Assembly: GCA_964291405.2 (NCBI GenBank)
Contig: OZ219926.1
Coordinates: 3,776,001-3,840,000, forward strand
Origin: Thermodesulfobacteriota bacterium
GTDB taxonomy: Bacteria; Desulfobacterota; Binatia; Bin18
Length of the DNA: 64,000 nt
Reading direction: 5' to 3'
Positions 29,047 through 38,600 of this stretch are shown piece after piece. The stretch's first letter is position 1. The number at the start of each line of letters is the position of its first letter. Position numbers and translations under genes: made by a program. The notes below the pieces were generated by a model. The model saw nothing but the letters and a program-made list of their open reading frames with translations. It was not told where the DNA came from and did no database searches.

Positions 29047-30282
29047 CTAGCCCTCCGGTGGTGGACCGGCGATAATTTTTTGGCTTTCCAAGCCCGCCAG
29101 TTCCTCTGGAGCCAGTCCTAGAACTTCCTTGAGGACAAGGTGGGTATGCTCACCGGGATGGGGAGCGCTGGGCAGGTCGGAGGGTTCCAGGTCACGGGCT
29201 TCGATCACTGGGCCAGGCACCCAGATTGAACCGAGATCAGGGTCGTCAACGTGGTGGAAGCAGGGCAGGTCTCGGGCGTGCTGTTCCGCTTCGATACTGT
29301 CCCGACACGGCTCGACCACCAGCCCGGCCTGACTCAGGGTCTTGAGCACCTCTTCCTGTGGACGGGCGGCGACCCAATCGGCAATTTGCTGTTTAATCGT
29401 ATCGACCCGCTCATAGCGGGCGTGGTCGCCGTGAATCTCGTGGCCCTGCTCGTCGAGAGCGAGGTTGCGCAGACCAGTAGCTTCGCGCAGCCGACGTAGG
29501 ACCGAATCACCAATCAGATTCAGGGTGACGAACTTCCCGTCCCGGGCGCAGTAATGGCCGTGGACAGCATCCAGCAGATTGTCGCCGATCGGTTCCCGGC
29601 CCTCGCCCGTTGTCTCGGCCTGGGCGTACCAGCCCAACTCTGCCAGGGTTTGGAAGGCAACCTGTTCCAGAGCGATCTGATAGCAGTCGCCCCGCCCGGT
29701 TTCCGCCAGGCGGCGCAGGGCGACGTGGAAGGCGTTCAGGCCGTGCAGTCCGGTGAGCATATCGAAAAACGCCACCGGAATGGTGAGCGGTCTGCCGTGC
29801 GGCTCGCCCGTAGCGTGAGCTAAGCCGGTCGCCCCCTGCATGGAATAATCGTTGGCCGCCCGCCCGTCATGTCCGCCGTCGAACTGGATTTTAATGACGG
29901 ACGGCCCGCAGTGCTCGACCAGATGAGCGTAGTCGAGCCAGGGCGCCATGCGCGGGGGCCAGTTGCTGATCAGCACATGGGTTTCTCGAATGAGATCGAG
30001 GACGAGCTGTTTGCCTGCCTCCTGGCGAAAGTCGATGGCAACCGCCTGCATGCCGCGATGCAGCATCTGCCAGGGGATGCTGACCCCCGCCCGATTCAGG
30101 GGGCCACGATCCCGGTCGGGCAGGCCGCGGCCATGGTGCGCCCCCATAATGGGCTCGACCAGAATGACGCGCACGCCGAGCCGCATCAATTCGAGCAGCA
30201 TCTTGTTTGGGGCGACAAACAGCCCAATGGCAACAACGGTAATCTCTTCGCCGTCTATGCTGTAGCGTAATTGGAAGGACAC
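29047..30282 (-). CDS. Family III (CaiB/BaiF) CoA-transferase, divergent; resembles mesaconyl-CoA C1-C4 transferase group
   Basis: VILVEP, VAIDF....G, catalytic Asp in AFFDMLTG, TG.G, AP.PGEHT..VL; GTG start with SD GAGGAGG. Confidence 0.8.
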   Translation of the reverse strand: MSFQLRYSIDGEEITVVAIGLFVAPNKMLLELMRLGVRVILVEPIMGAHHGRGLPDRDRGPLNRAGVSIPWQMLHRGMQAVAIDFRQEAGKQLVLDLIRETHVLISNWPPRMAPWLDYAHLVEHCGPSVIKIQFDGGHDGRAANDYSMQGATGLAHATGEPHGRPLTIPVAFFDMLTGLHGLNAFHVALRRLAETGRGDCYQIALEQVAFQTLAELGWYAQAETTGEGREPIGDNLLDAVHGHYCARDGKFVTLNLIGDSVLRRLREATGLRNLALDEQGHEIHGDHARYERVDTIKQQIADWVAARPQEEVLKTLSQAGLVVEPCRDSIEAEQHARDLPCFHHVDDPDLGSIWVPGPVIEARDLEPSDLPSAPHPGEHTHLVLKEVLGLAPEELAGLESQKIIAGPPPEG

Positions 30283-30504
30283 GCTTCACCTCCTCTATAC
30301 GTCAATGATACCACAGCACCTGATGCTCATCCCACTCAACCCGCTTCCCCGCACTGGCAGGCGATTATTGTAGGGGGTCGTCTGAGTGTCAAGCATTCTC
30401 TCTCTTCGGGACGATTCGACCAAAATAAAATTGCACATCACTCTTGATTCTCAATTCTCGTTACGTACGTTTTACAGAATAATACATCCGGTGGAGCAAA
30501 AGCG

Positions 30505-30705
30505 ATGCAAAAGCTGGTCCGGAAGAATATCTTTCTCGATCCGCAGGCACTGAAACGCGCCCAGAAGATATTGGGGAAAAAGAGCGAGTCAGAGACTATC
30601 CGGGAAGTGCTCAACCTTGTGACCTTCCATAACGAGGTCATGCGTGGCTTTGATCGGGTGGCGGGGAAAGCACCGAACTTCAGGGATATCTGGGAAGAAG
30701 ATTGA
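30505..30705 (+). CDS. Putative antitoxin (VapB-like, RHH type)
   Basis: RKNIFLD...L.RA..ILG.KS.SETIRE.L; TGATG coupling to the PIN gene. Confidence 0.7.
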   Translation: MQKLVRKNIFLDPQALKRAQKILGKKSESETIREVLNLVTFHNEVMRGFDRVAGKAPNFRDIWEED

Positions 30706-31137
30706 TGTCCGCCCTGCTATTTGACACGAGTGTGTATATTCCGATTCTGCGCGATGAAAATTTTGCGAGAGAATTTCGACCCCGTTATCTCCGGCGGGCT
30801 TCCGCTTACATACTGTAGCGCTGTCGTCATAGAAGAACTTCTCGCTGGAGTCCGAACGATCCGACATCGAAGACAGGCGGCTGCCCTGTATGAACCCTTC
30901 GAGCGGGTGCGACGAATTATTACCCCCAGTCAGCGCATATGGAAAGAAACCGGGACCATTGCCGCAACGATAGCGGACCAAGCTCCCCAGCTCCGTGATA
31001 AGCTCTCGCGTGAATTCCTGAACGATATTCTTATTGCTTTGAGTGGACGTTCTATCGGAGCAACGGTCGTCACTCGGAACGAGGGGGACTTTCGGCTCAT
31101 CCGGCAATTTCGAAAGTTCTCACTGGAGGTTATCTAA
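30705..31137 (+). pseudogene. vapC: VapC/PIN toxin, frameshifted (+1) near 30795-30798
   Basis: ATG 30705 frame reads MSALLFDTSVYIPILR... and stops at 30816-30818; the remaining PIN motifs (SAVVIEELLAG, NDILIA, VVTRNEGDF) are in the +1 frame. Confidence 0.75.
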
Positions 31138-31141
31138 ACTC

Positions 31142-31576
31142 ATGGTACCGGCCTGGAGATTACCCGGAGTACTGGTCGTAGCAGGAGCGGTCCTAGTGTG
31201 GGCCGCTCTCATCCGCGCTCAGCCCAGCGACACGCCGGCCAGCCAGTCGATTGATGCCCTTTTGGCGGCAAAGGCCCAGCGGACGCCAGCCCAGCGGAAG
31301 CTGAGTTCGCACCTGCTCGACGCATGGCGGGCGGTGCAGGATCAGTCGGCCGTGGACGCCCTGGTCACAGTAGACATCCGGGCTGACGTGACGCCAGCGG
31401 TGCTGGAACGTATACAAACCTTGGGCGGTACGGTCCTGAACAGCGTCCCCAAATACCGGGCCATCCGGGCACGCCTGCCCCTCTCCGCCCTGGAGCCGCT
31501 TGCCACGCTCGACGCCGTGCAGTTGGTCCGCCCCGCCGACCAAGCCCAGACGCACGGTCCAAGCCTGACGGATTGA
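31142..31576 (+). CDS. Secreted stand-alone subtilase propeptide-like protein
   Basis: Signal peptide ending ..IRA-Q; near-identical blocks to N-terminal prodomain of the 32667 protein (AAKAQRTPAQRKLSS, VTVDIRADVT, LGGTVLNSVP.YRAIRARLPL). Confidence 0.75.
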   Translation: MVPAWRLPGVLVVAGAVLVWAALIRAQPSDTPASQSIDALLAAKAQRTPAQRKLSSHLLDAWRAVQDQSAVDALVTVDIRADVTPAVLERIQTLGGTVLNSVPKYRAIRARLPLSALEPLATLDAVQLVRPADQAQTHGPSLTD

Positions 31577-31880
31577 AGGCGCCGCTGCACCGATAATATT
31601 TCCCTGCGCTGTTTCCTCCAAGGTCAGTACCTGTCGGGGTTGTCATCAGAGGCATTCATGCGGGGAGGGAGGTGGGGGCGCCTCAAGCCGCTCTTTCCCA
31701 GCGGCGGCCGTTGCCTCCATTACTTAGTGTAGCACGGCTTCGAGCAGTTCGACGCGCGATGTCCTTGTCCGGCACTTCGTCGATGAGCTGCTCTGCTCGT
31801 AGCCGTAATTGGCAAACCAACTCGCCATTTTCAAAATACAGCATTTCCTAGGGTTCAACCTGCAAGCTATCCGCCAGCCG

Positions 31881-32117
31881 GGTAGTGTCTCCCTTTGAAA
31901 TTTGTTCTTCTCGTCGTCTTTCCCCTCCCGGTGGTGACGGCTGATTGTTTGCGGCCCTCGCAGCCTTTTTTCTTCTGTCCGAACCGGTTTGCGCGGGACA
32001 GGGGTCGCCCCATTGTTTCCAAGTCCTCTTTCTCAACGGGGCCACGTCCCCGAGGGCGGGGCAGGTACCCTCCCCCCGACGAGCGTGACCGCCAAAGCAT
32101 TTAAACTGAGACACTCC
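31881..32117. mobile_element. MITE, IS1-like termini (degenerate copy)
   Basis: GGTAGTGTCTCCCTTTG ... AAACTGAGACACTCC terminal inverted repeats; internal similarity to the adjacent copy. Confidence 0.65.
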
Positions 32118-32165
32118 TGTACCCTTAATATTACTAGTATTTATTCTCTAGAACTATATAAATAC

Positions 32166-32414
32166 GGTAGTGTCTCCCTTTGAAATTTGTTCCCCTCGCC
32201 ATCGGCTGCGTCGCCCCCTTTCCCCTCCCGGTTTCGCCTGCTGAGCTTCTGCGGGGCTCGTATCTTTTTTTTGTTCCCCCCCATTTGGGGGGGGATAAGG
32301 GCCGCAGCAGTGTGTTAGGAGTCCTTTCTCAGCAGGGCCAACCCCCTGAGGTCGGCGAGGCCAAAGTCCCCTATATGAGAACGACATCCCAAGGATTCAA
32401 ACTGAGACACTACC
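32166..32414. mobile_element. MITE, IS1-like termini, with 8-bp target-site duplication
   Basis: TIRs GGTAGTGTCTCCCTTTGAA / TTCAAACTGAGACACTACC, flanked on both sides by ATAAATAC (32158-32165, 32415-32422). Confidence 0.8.
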
Positions 32415-32480
32415 ATAAATACCAGTAGCCCGGGGAGTTTTTCCGTTACAAAAAGGAACAAATTAAATGACAGACGGAGG

Positions 32481-32636
32481 CTAGAGCAAAATTCACATGA
32501 GTGTCGCGTCCCACGGCCTCCGCGCGTTGCCCGATACGTCGGGTGCGCCCTGTGCACCGGGGCAAGGTGGTGCATGGGATGCACCCGACGGAACTCTGGA
32601 GAGCACCTCGCTACACCACGGAGGAAACTGCTCTAG
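32481..32636. mobile_element. CTAG-bounded MITE containing an internal REP pair (copy 1)
   Basis: CTAGAGCA...TGCTCTAG ends; near-identical copy at 49397-49551. Confidence 0.8.
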
Positions 32637-32647
32637 GTGAGGGGATT

Positions 32648-32665
32648 GCAAACTGAGACACTACC
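32648..32665. repeat. Orphan right TIR of the GGTAG MITE family
   Basis: CAAACTGAGACACTACC, the same end as 32398-32414. Confidence 0.65.
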
Positions 32666-32666
32666 T

Positions 32667-35600
32667 ATGATCACCGACACAGGGCGGAGGTCTGTGGGAC
32701 CATCTTATCAGGGTGAAACAACCAGCCAGTCCGGACTCAGGAAACGGGACTATAGTGTCAGGCTCTTCAAGTCTTTGGTCGCGCTCGGCGCGGCCCTGGT
32801 GGGGGCCGACCTCAGCCATGCCCAGCCGACCGATCAGTCGATTGCGGTCATCCTGGCGGCCAAAGCCCAGCGGACCCCGGCCCAACGGAAGCTGAGTTCC
32901 CAGTTCTTGGACGCGGCCGGGAATGCCCAGCCGTCGGCCAGCGTCACTGGCCAGCAGGCACAGCCTGCATCCGTCACGGGCGTCGGCGTCACGAACGGCG
33001 TCCGGGCCGACGTGACGCCGCCGGAGCCAGTGCGTCCACGGGCTGTACAGGTCATGGACGAGCAGGTTCCAACCGCGGATGTCGAGGACGCAGCCGTCAC
33101 GGTCGATATCCGGGCCGACGTGACAGACGTCGTCCTGGCCCGCATCCGAGCTTTGGGCGGTACGGTGCTGAACAGCGTCCCACAATACCGGGCCATCCGG
33201 GCGCGGCTGCCGCTGGCCGCCTTGGAACCGCTCGCCAGGCTGGAGGCCGTCCAGTTCATCCGGCCTGCCGACCAAGCCATCACGCACCAGATGCTGTCGC
33301 GCCCAGCCGTGGCCGAGGTCGTCGTGACGGCGAAGCTCAACACCACCGAAGGCGATGTGGCCCACCAGGCGAACACAGCGCGCACGACCCACAGCGTGGA
33401 CGGCTCGGGCATCAGCATCGGCGTGCTCTCGGACGGCGTCGTCGGACTGGCCAACCAGCAGGCGACGGGCGACGTGCCGGCGCAAGTCACGGTCCTGCCC
33501 GGCCAGGAGGGCCGCCCGACTTCGTTCTGCGGCCGTCCGATCTCGGGGAACGAGGGCGTGGCGATGCTGGAGATTATCCACGATCTGGCACCGGGCGCCG
33601 AGCTGTTTTTTGCGACCGGGTTCGGGGGCGCGGCAGAAATGGCGCAGAACATCGAAGCCCTCTGCGATGCCGGTGCCGATATCATTGTTGACGATATCGG
33701 ATATCTTTTGGCGCCGGCCTTCCAGGACGGCGTCATTGCCCAGGCGGTCAGCGCGGTGGTTGCCAAGGGCTGTTACTACTTCTCGTCGGCCGGCAACGGC
33801 GGCAACCTGAACGACGGTACGTCCGGGGTGTGGGAAGGCGACTTTGCTGCGGGAACGACCCTGAACCTGAGCGGCGTCAAGACCGGGGCCGTCTACCACG
33901 AATTCTCCAGCGGCGTCACCGGAAACCAGATCGTGAAGGACAGCCCCCTCCCCATCTCCCTACAATGGGCCGATCCGATTGATGGGTCGGCCAACGACTA
34001 CGATCTGTTCCTGATCGACGCGAACAACAACGTGCTGGCCAGCTCAACCAATACGCAGGACGGGACCCAGGACCCCATCGAGTACATCGTCGGTTCGTGC
34101 TCGAACGCTTACCAGAACGCTCGCCTCGTCATTGTCAAGAATGCAGGCGCGGCGGATCGCTATCTGCGGCTCAACACGGGAGGCGCGCTGGCAATCGCTA
34201 CGGCCGGCCAGACCTTCGGCCATTCTGCCGCGCAGGATGCAATAGGCGTGGCTGCGGTCGATGCGCGGGCGGCGCGTGGCGCGGGCGGCGTTTTCAACGG
34301 CACGGAGTCGGTCGAGACGTTCAGCTCGGACGGGCCGCGACGAATGTTCTTCGAGGCCAACGGCACGCCGATCACGGCGGGGAACTTCTCGTCCACCGGT
34401 GGGCGGGAGTTGCAGAAGCCGGACCTGACCGCAGCCGACGGCGTCTCAACCTCAACGCCCGGCTTTTCGGACTTCCACGGCACCTCGGCGGCGGCACCGC
34501 ACGCCGCGGCGATTGCGGCCTTGATGCTGGAAGCGGCCGGCGGCCCGGCCAATGTCACGCAGTCCGCACTCCGCACGGCCATGACATCCGGGACCGCGGT
34601 CCTGGACATTGAGGCGACCGGCGTAGATCGTGATTCCGGTGCCGGTATCGTAATGGCGCCCGGCGCGGTCGATGCAGTCGCTGTCGCCGTGGCAGACCGC
34701 AACTTGGCGCCGACCGTGACGAGTACCCTGACCGACCGGACGTTCGCGCCGGGGGCCGACGCAGTGATGATCGACCTGGATGATATCTTCGACGATCCGA
34801 ACGACGACACCCTGACCTACACGATGCAGTTACGCCCTGAGGACCCGGCGGTGACGTTGGCTGGGTCGGTGCTGACGTTGACGCCGGCGAGCCCGAGATC
34901 CACGGTCATGGTGATGGTACGGGCGGCCGATCCCGACGGCCTGGCCAGGACGCAGAACTTCACGGTCACCGTGACCGCCGGGAACCGAGACTATGATGTC
35001 GATAACGACAACCTTATCGACGTCTCCACGCTCGCCCAACTCGACGCCATACGGTACGACCTGAACGGCGACGGCCAAGTGGATGGCACGACGTGGATGC
35101 CGTATTACAGCGCCTACCCCATGGGCGCGCTAGGGATGGGGTGTCCAGACGGGTGTGTCGGCTATGAGCTGACCACCGATCTGGACTTCGACACCGACGA
35201 CGATGGAGATATCGACTCGGACGACGATTACTGGAATGCCGGTGCCGGCTGGGACCCCATCGGCGACAGTACGACTCCGTTCGACGCCACCTTCACGGGC
35301 AACCGGCGCACCGTCAGCCACTTGTTCATCGATCGCGACGACGACGCCACCGGATTGTTCGGTGCAACCGGTTCGTCGAGTCTCATCCGCCGCCTCGGGC
35401 TCGTGGATGCCGACGTGACGGGAGCGGACTCCGTCGGCGGGCTGGTCGGAGAAGGCGCGGGCGAGATTCGCTCCAGCTACGTCACCGGTCACGTGTCGGG
35501 CGCCGATATAGTGGGCGGATTGGTCGGGCACAACCTCGGGGACGTGACCGCCAGCTATGCCAGCGTGGCCGTGACGGCTGACGCACAAGGCGGTGGGCTG

Positions 35601-38600
35601 GCCGGGGGCAATGCCCTCGATGGCCGCATCCGTGCCTGTTATGCCACGGGCCGCGTGTCGGGTGAGGACGTGGGCGGGCTGGTCGGAGCCAATGCCGGTA
35701 CCGTGGCCGCCAGCTACGCCACCGGACGGGTGCTGGGCACGGACGACGTGGGTGGGGTGGCCGGGACCGGTGATGGGGTGTTCCGCGCCAGCTACTGGGA
35801 CCGGGAGACCTCCGGGGTGCGCGTCGGCGTCGGCGCGGACGATCTGGACGACGACGGCTGGCTCGAAGCCGGGGAGTCGCGGACGCCCGGCGTCGCTGGC
35901 TGGTCCACCGCCGCCCTACAGACACCCAGGGGCTATAACGGCATCTACCGGACGTGGAATCTGGACCTGGACGACGATGCGGTGCCCGATACTCCCTGGT
36001 TCCTCCAGAGGAGCGGTTATCCGCTGCTGTCGTCCCTTGACTACGCTGCGGGAGGCTATCAACTCGGGCGCGGGACGACCTTGACGGCGACGACCTCCAT
36101 GGGGCAGGCGCAGGTGGAACTGACCTGGACCGCGCTGAATTCGAGCAATTTCTGGGTCGATGGGCCGGCCATCTTCTACACCCTGCTCCGCGACGACGGT
36201 TCCACCTTCGAGGTCCTCCTGGAAGAGAGCAGCACTCTCCAGTACACCGATACCGACGTGACCGCTGGCACGACGTACACCTATCAGGTGGTGGCGGTGG
36301 TGCAGGGCGGCGAAGCGGGGCGCAGCGCTCCGCTGGCGGTGATTGCCGGCGTCGGCAACCAGCCGCCGGGGGCGGTGGGCACGCTCGCCGGTCAGACGTT
36401 GCGCGTGGGGGGGAATGCGGTCATGGTGGACATCGCGGACGCGTTCGAGGATCCTGAGAACGATACGTTGACATACGCGGCGACGTCCTCCGCGACGGGC
36501 GTGGCCACCGTGGGCATATCAGGCACGCAGGTGACGGTCACGCCGGTCGCCACGGGTACGACGACCGTCACGGTCACGGCGACCGACACCGCGGGCTCGA
36601 ATACGAGCACGGAGCAGCGGTTCGTTGCCACGGTGTGGTCGGCGACAGCGGTTGACTACGACACGGACGATGACGGGTTGATCGAGATCACGACGCTGGC
36701 GCAGCTCGATGTGGTGCGCCACGATCTGGATGGCGACGGTACGCCCGCATCCGGTGGGGCGTCGTCGTATCGGATCGCCTTCGCCAATGCGGTCGAGGCA
36801 ATGGGCTGTGACGGTGTCGACGGCTGCATGGGCTACGAGCTGGCCGCCGATCTGGACTTTGACACCAATAGGAGCGACGCCCCGGACGCGGGCGACGACT
36901 ACTGGAATGGGGGGGACGGCTGGACGCCTATCGGGTCCGCGGTCGATGAGGCGTTTGCCGCAACCTTTGACGGCAACGGACAGACAATTGCCAATCTGTA
37001 CATCAAGGCAGACGGTGCAGTTGAGATGGACTACACGGGGTTGTTCGGCGTGGTCGGAACGCTTGGCCTCGTCCGCGGCCTTGGGTTGACGGCCGTCGAC
37101 ATCGCGGTGAGCGTGGACGACGACCAGGTCGGTGGGCTGGTCGGGGCCAACTTCGGCACCATTACCGGCTGCTACGTGGCGGGGCAGGTGATGGGCAATC
37201 ACTTCGTCGGCGGGTTGGTCGGGTGGAGCCGTGGTGTCATTGCCGCCAGCTATGCGACCGGACGCGTAACGGGCGATCTCGCGGTGGGCGGACTGGTCGG
37301 AGTGAACAACGGCGCTGTCATCGCCAGCTATGCAACGGGACGCGTCGTGGGGCGGAGCGGCATCGGTGGACTGGTCGGGTTCCTGTCCGGGGGGACGGTG
37401 GAAGCCAGCTATGCGACCGGGCGGGTGACGGGAACGGGCAATGTCGGCGGGCTGCTCGGGTCCACATCGGGGTTCTTCGGGGGCGACGTGACACACAGCT
37501 ATTGGGACACCCGCACGTCGGGTCTGACAAGCAGCGATGGGGGCCGGGGCTATGCGACCGGGTCGTTGCAGGGACCGAGCGGCTACACGGGGCTCTATGG
37601 GGCCTGGCGTGTGGACTTGGACGGGGACCGCCGTCAGGAATCTCCCTGGCATTTCGGGACATCCTCGCAGTACCCGGCGCTGGCGCTGGACGTGGACGGC
37701 AACGGGCAGGCGACATGGCAGGAGATAGGCTACCAGCTACGGGAGAGTCTGACTCTGAGGGCGTCGGGTCAGCCGACCCAGGTGTCCCTGACCTGGAACG
37801 CTGTGGATGTGAGCTATTGGACCTCGGCGCCGACAGTCCGCTACACGCTCTTTCGTACCGAGGGCACCACGACGGAAGTCGTCGAGGACATTGACGACGT
37901 GCAGTACACCGACACCAGCGTCACGACCGGGACGACGTACACGTACCAGGTCGCGGCGGTGGTATCGGGTGGTGAAGCGGTGTGGAGTGCCCCGGTGACG
38001 GTGACTGCGAGAAGGTCGGGCGGTGGCGGGGGCGGCGGCGGCGGGGGCGGCGGCGGCGGCGGGGGCGGCGGCGGCGGCGGGGGCGGCGGCGGCGGCGGGG
38101 GCGGCGGCGGGGGCGGCGGCGGGGATGGTGCCTGCACGCAGGAGGACGTGCACGGCAACAGTGCCGCACAGGCCACCGCCGCTGCGCTGGCTACTCCGAC
38201 CCTCGGGGCCATCTGTCCCGTCGCCGACGTGGATTATTTTACCGTCACCGCCCCCGACCGGGGCCTCCTGTTTGTGGATACCACTGGCGGGGTGCAAACC
38301 CGCGGAACTCTCTGGCAAGACGACATATCCTTGGCCTCTGGCCCTATGCGTAGCGGTCCGCAGGATGCCCGCCTTGGTGCCCGCGTGCAGGCGGGCACAG
38401 TCGTGATCGCTGTCCAGGGCCAAGGGGGCGCGACCGGGGACTATGACGTGGTCGTCACCTTTGTGCAGGGCTATCTGGAGAATCCCGGCCCCGACTCCTT
38501 CCAGAGCGGCGTGGGGATCCTGTCCGGTTGGGTGTGTGAAGCTGATATGGTAGAGCTTGAGTTGAACGGTGTGCCCCAGGGGGCCGCGTATGGGACCGAG

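Noticed and set aside
31720-31830. Possible minus-strand remnant of a small regulator or antitoxin (EQLIDEVPDKDI / VELLEAVLH)
   Set aside because: Too short, needs a frameshift, and cannot be assigned to a family by eye.
31881-32665. CRISPR array or attC cassette array
   Set aside because: The repeats are inverted termini of ~240-bp elements with a target duplication, not regularly spaced direct repeats. No cas or intI gene is present.
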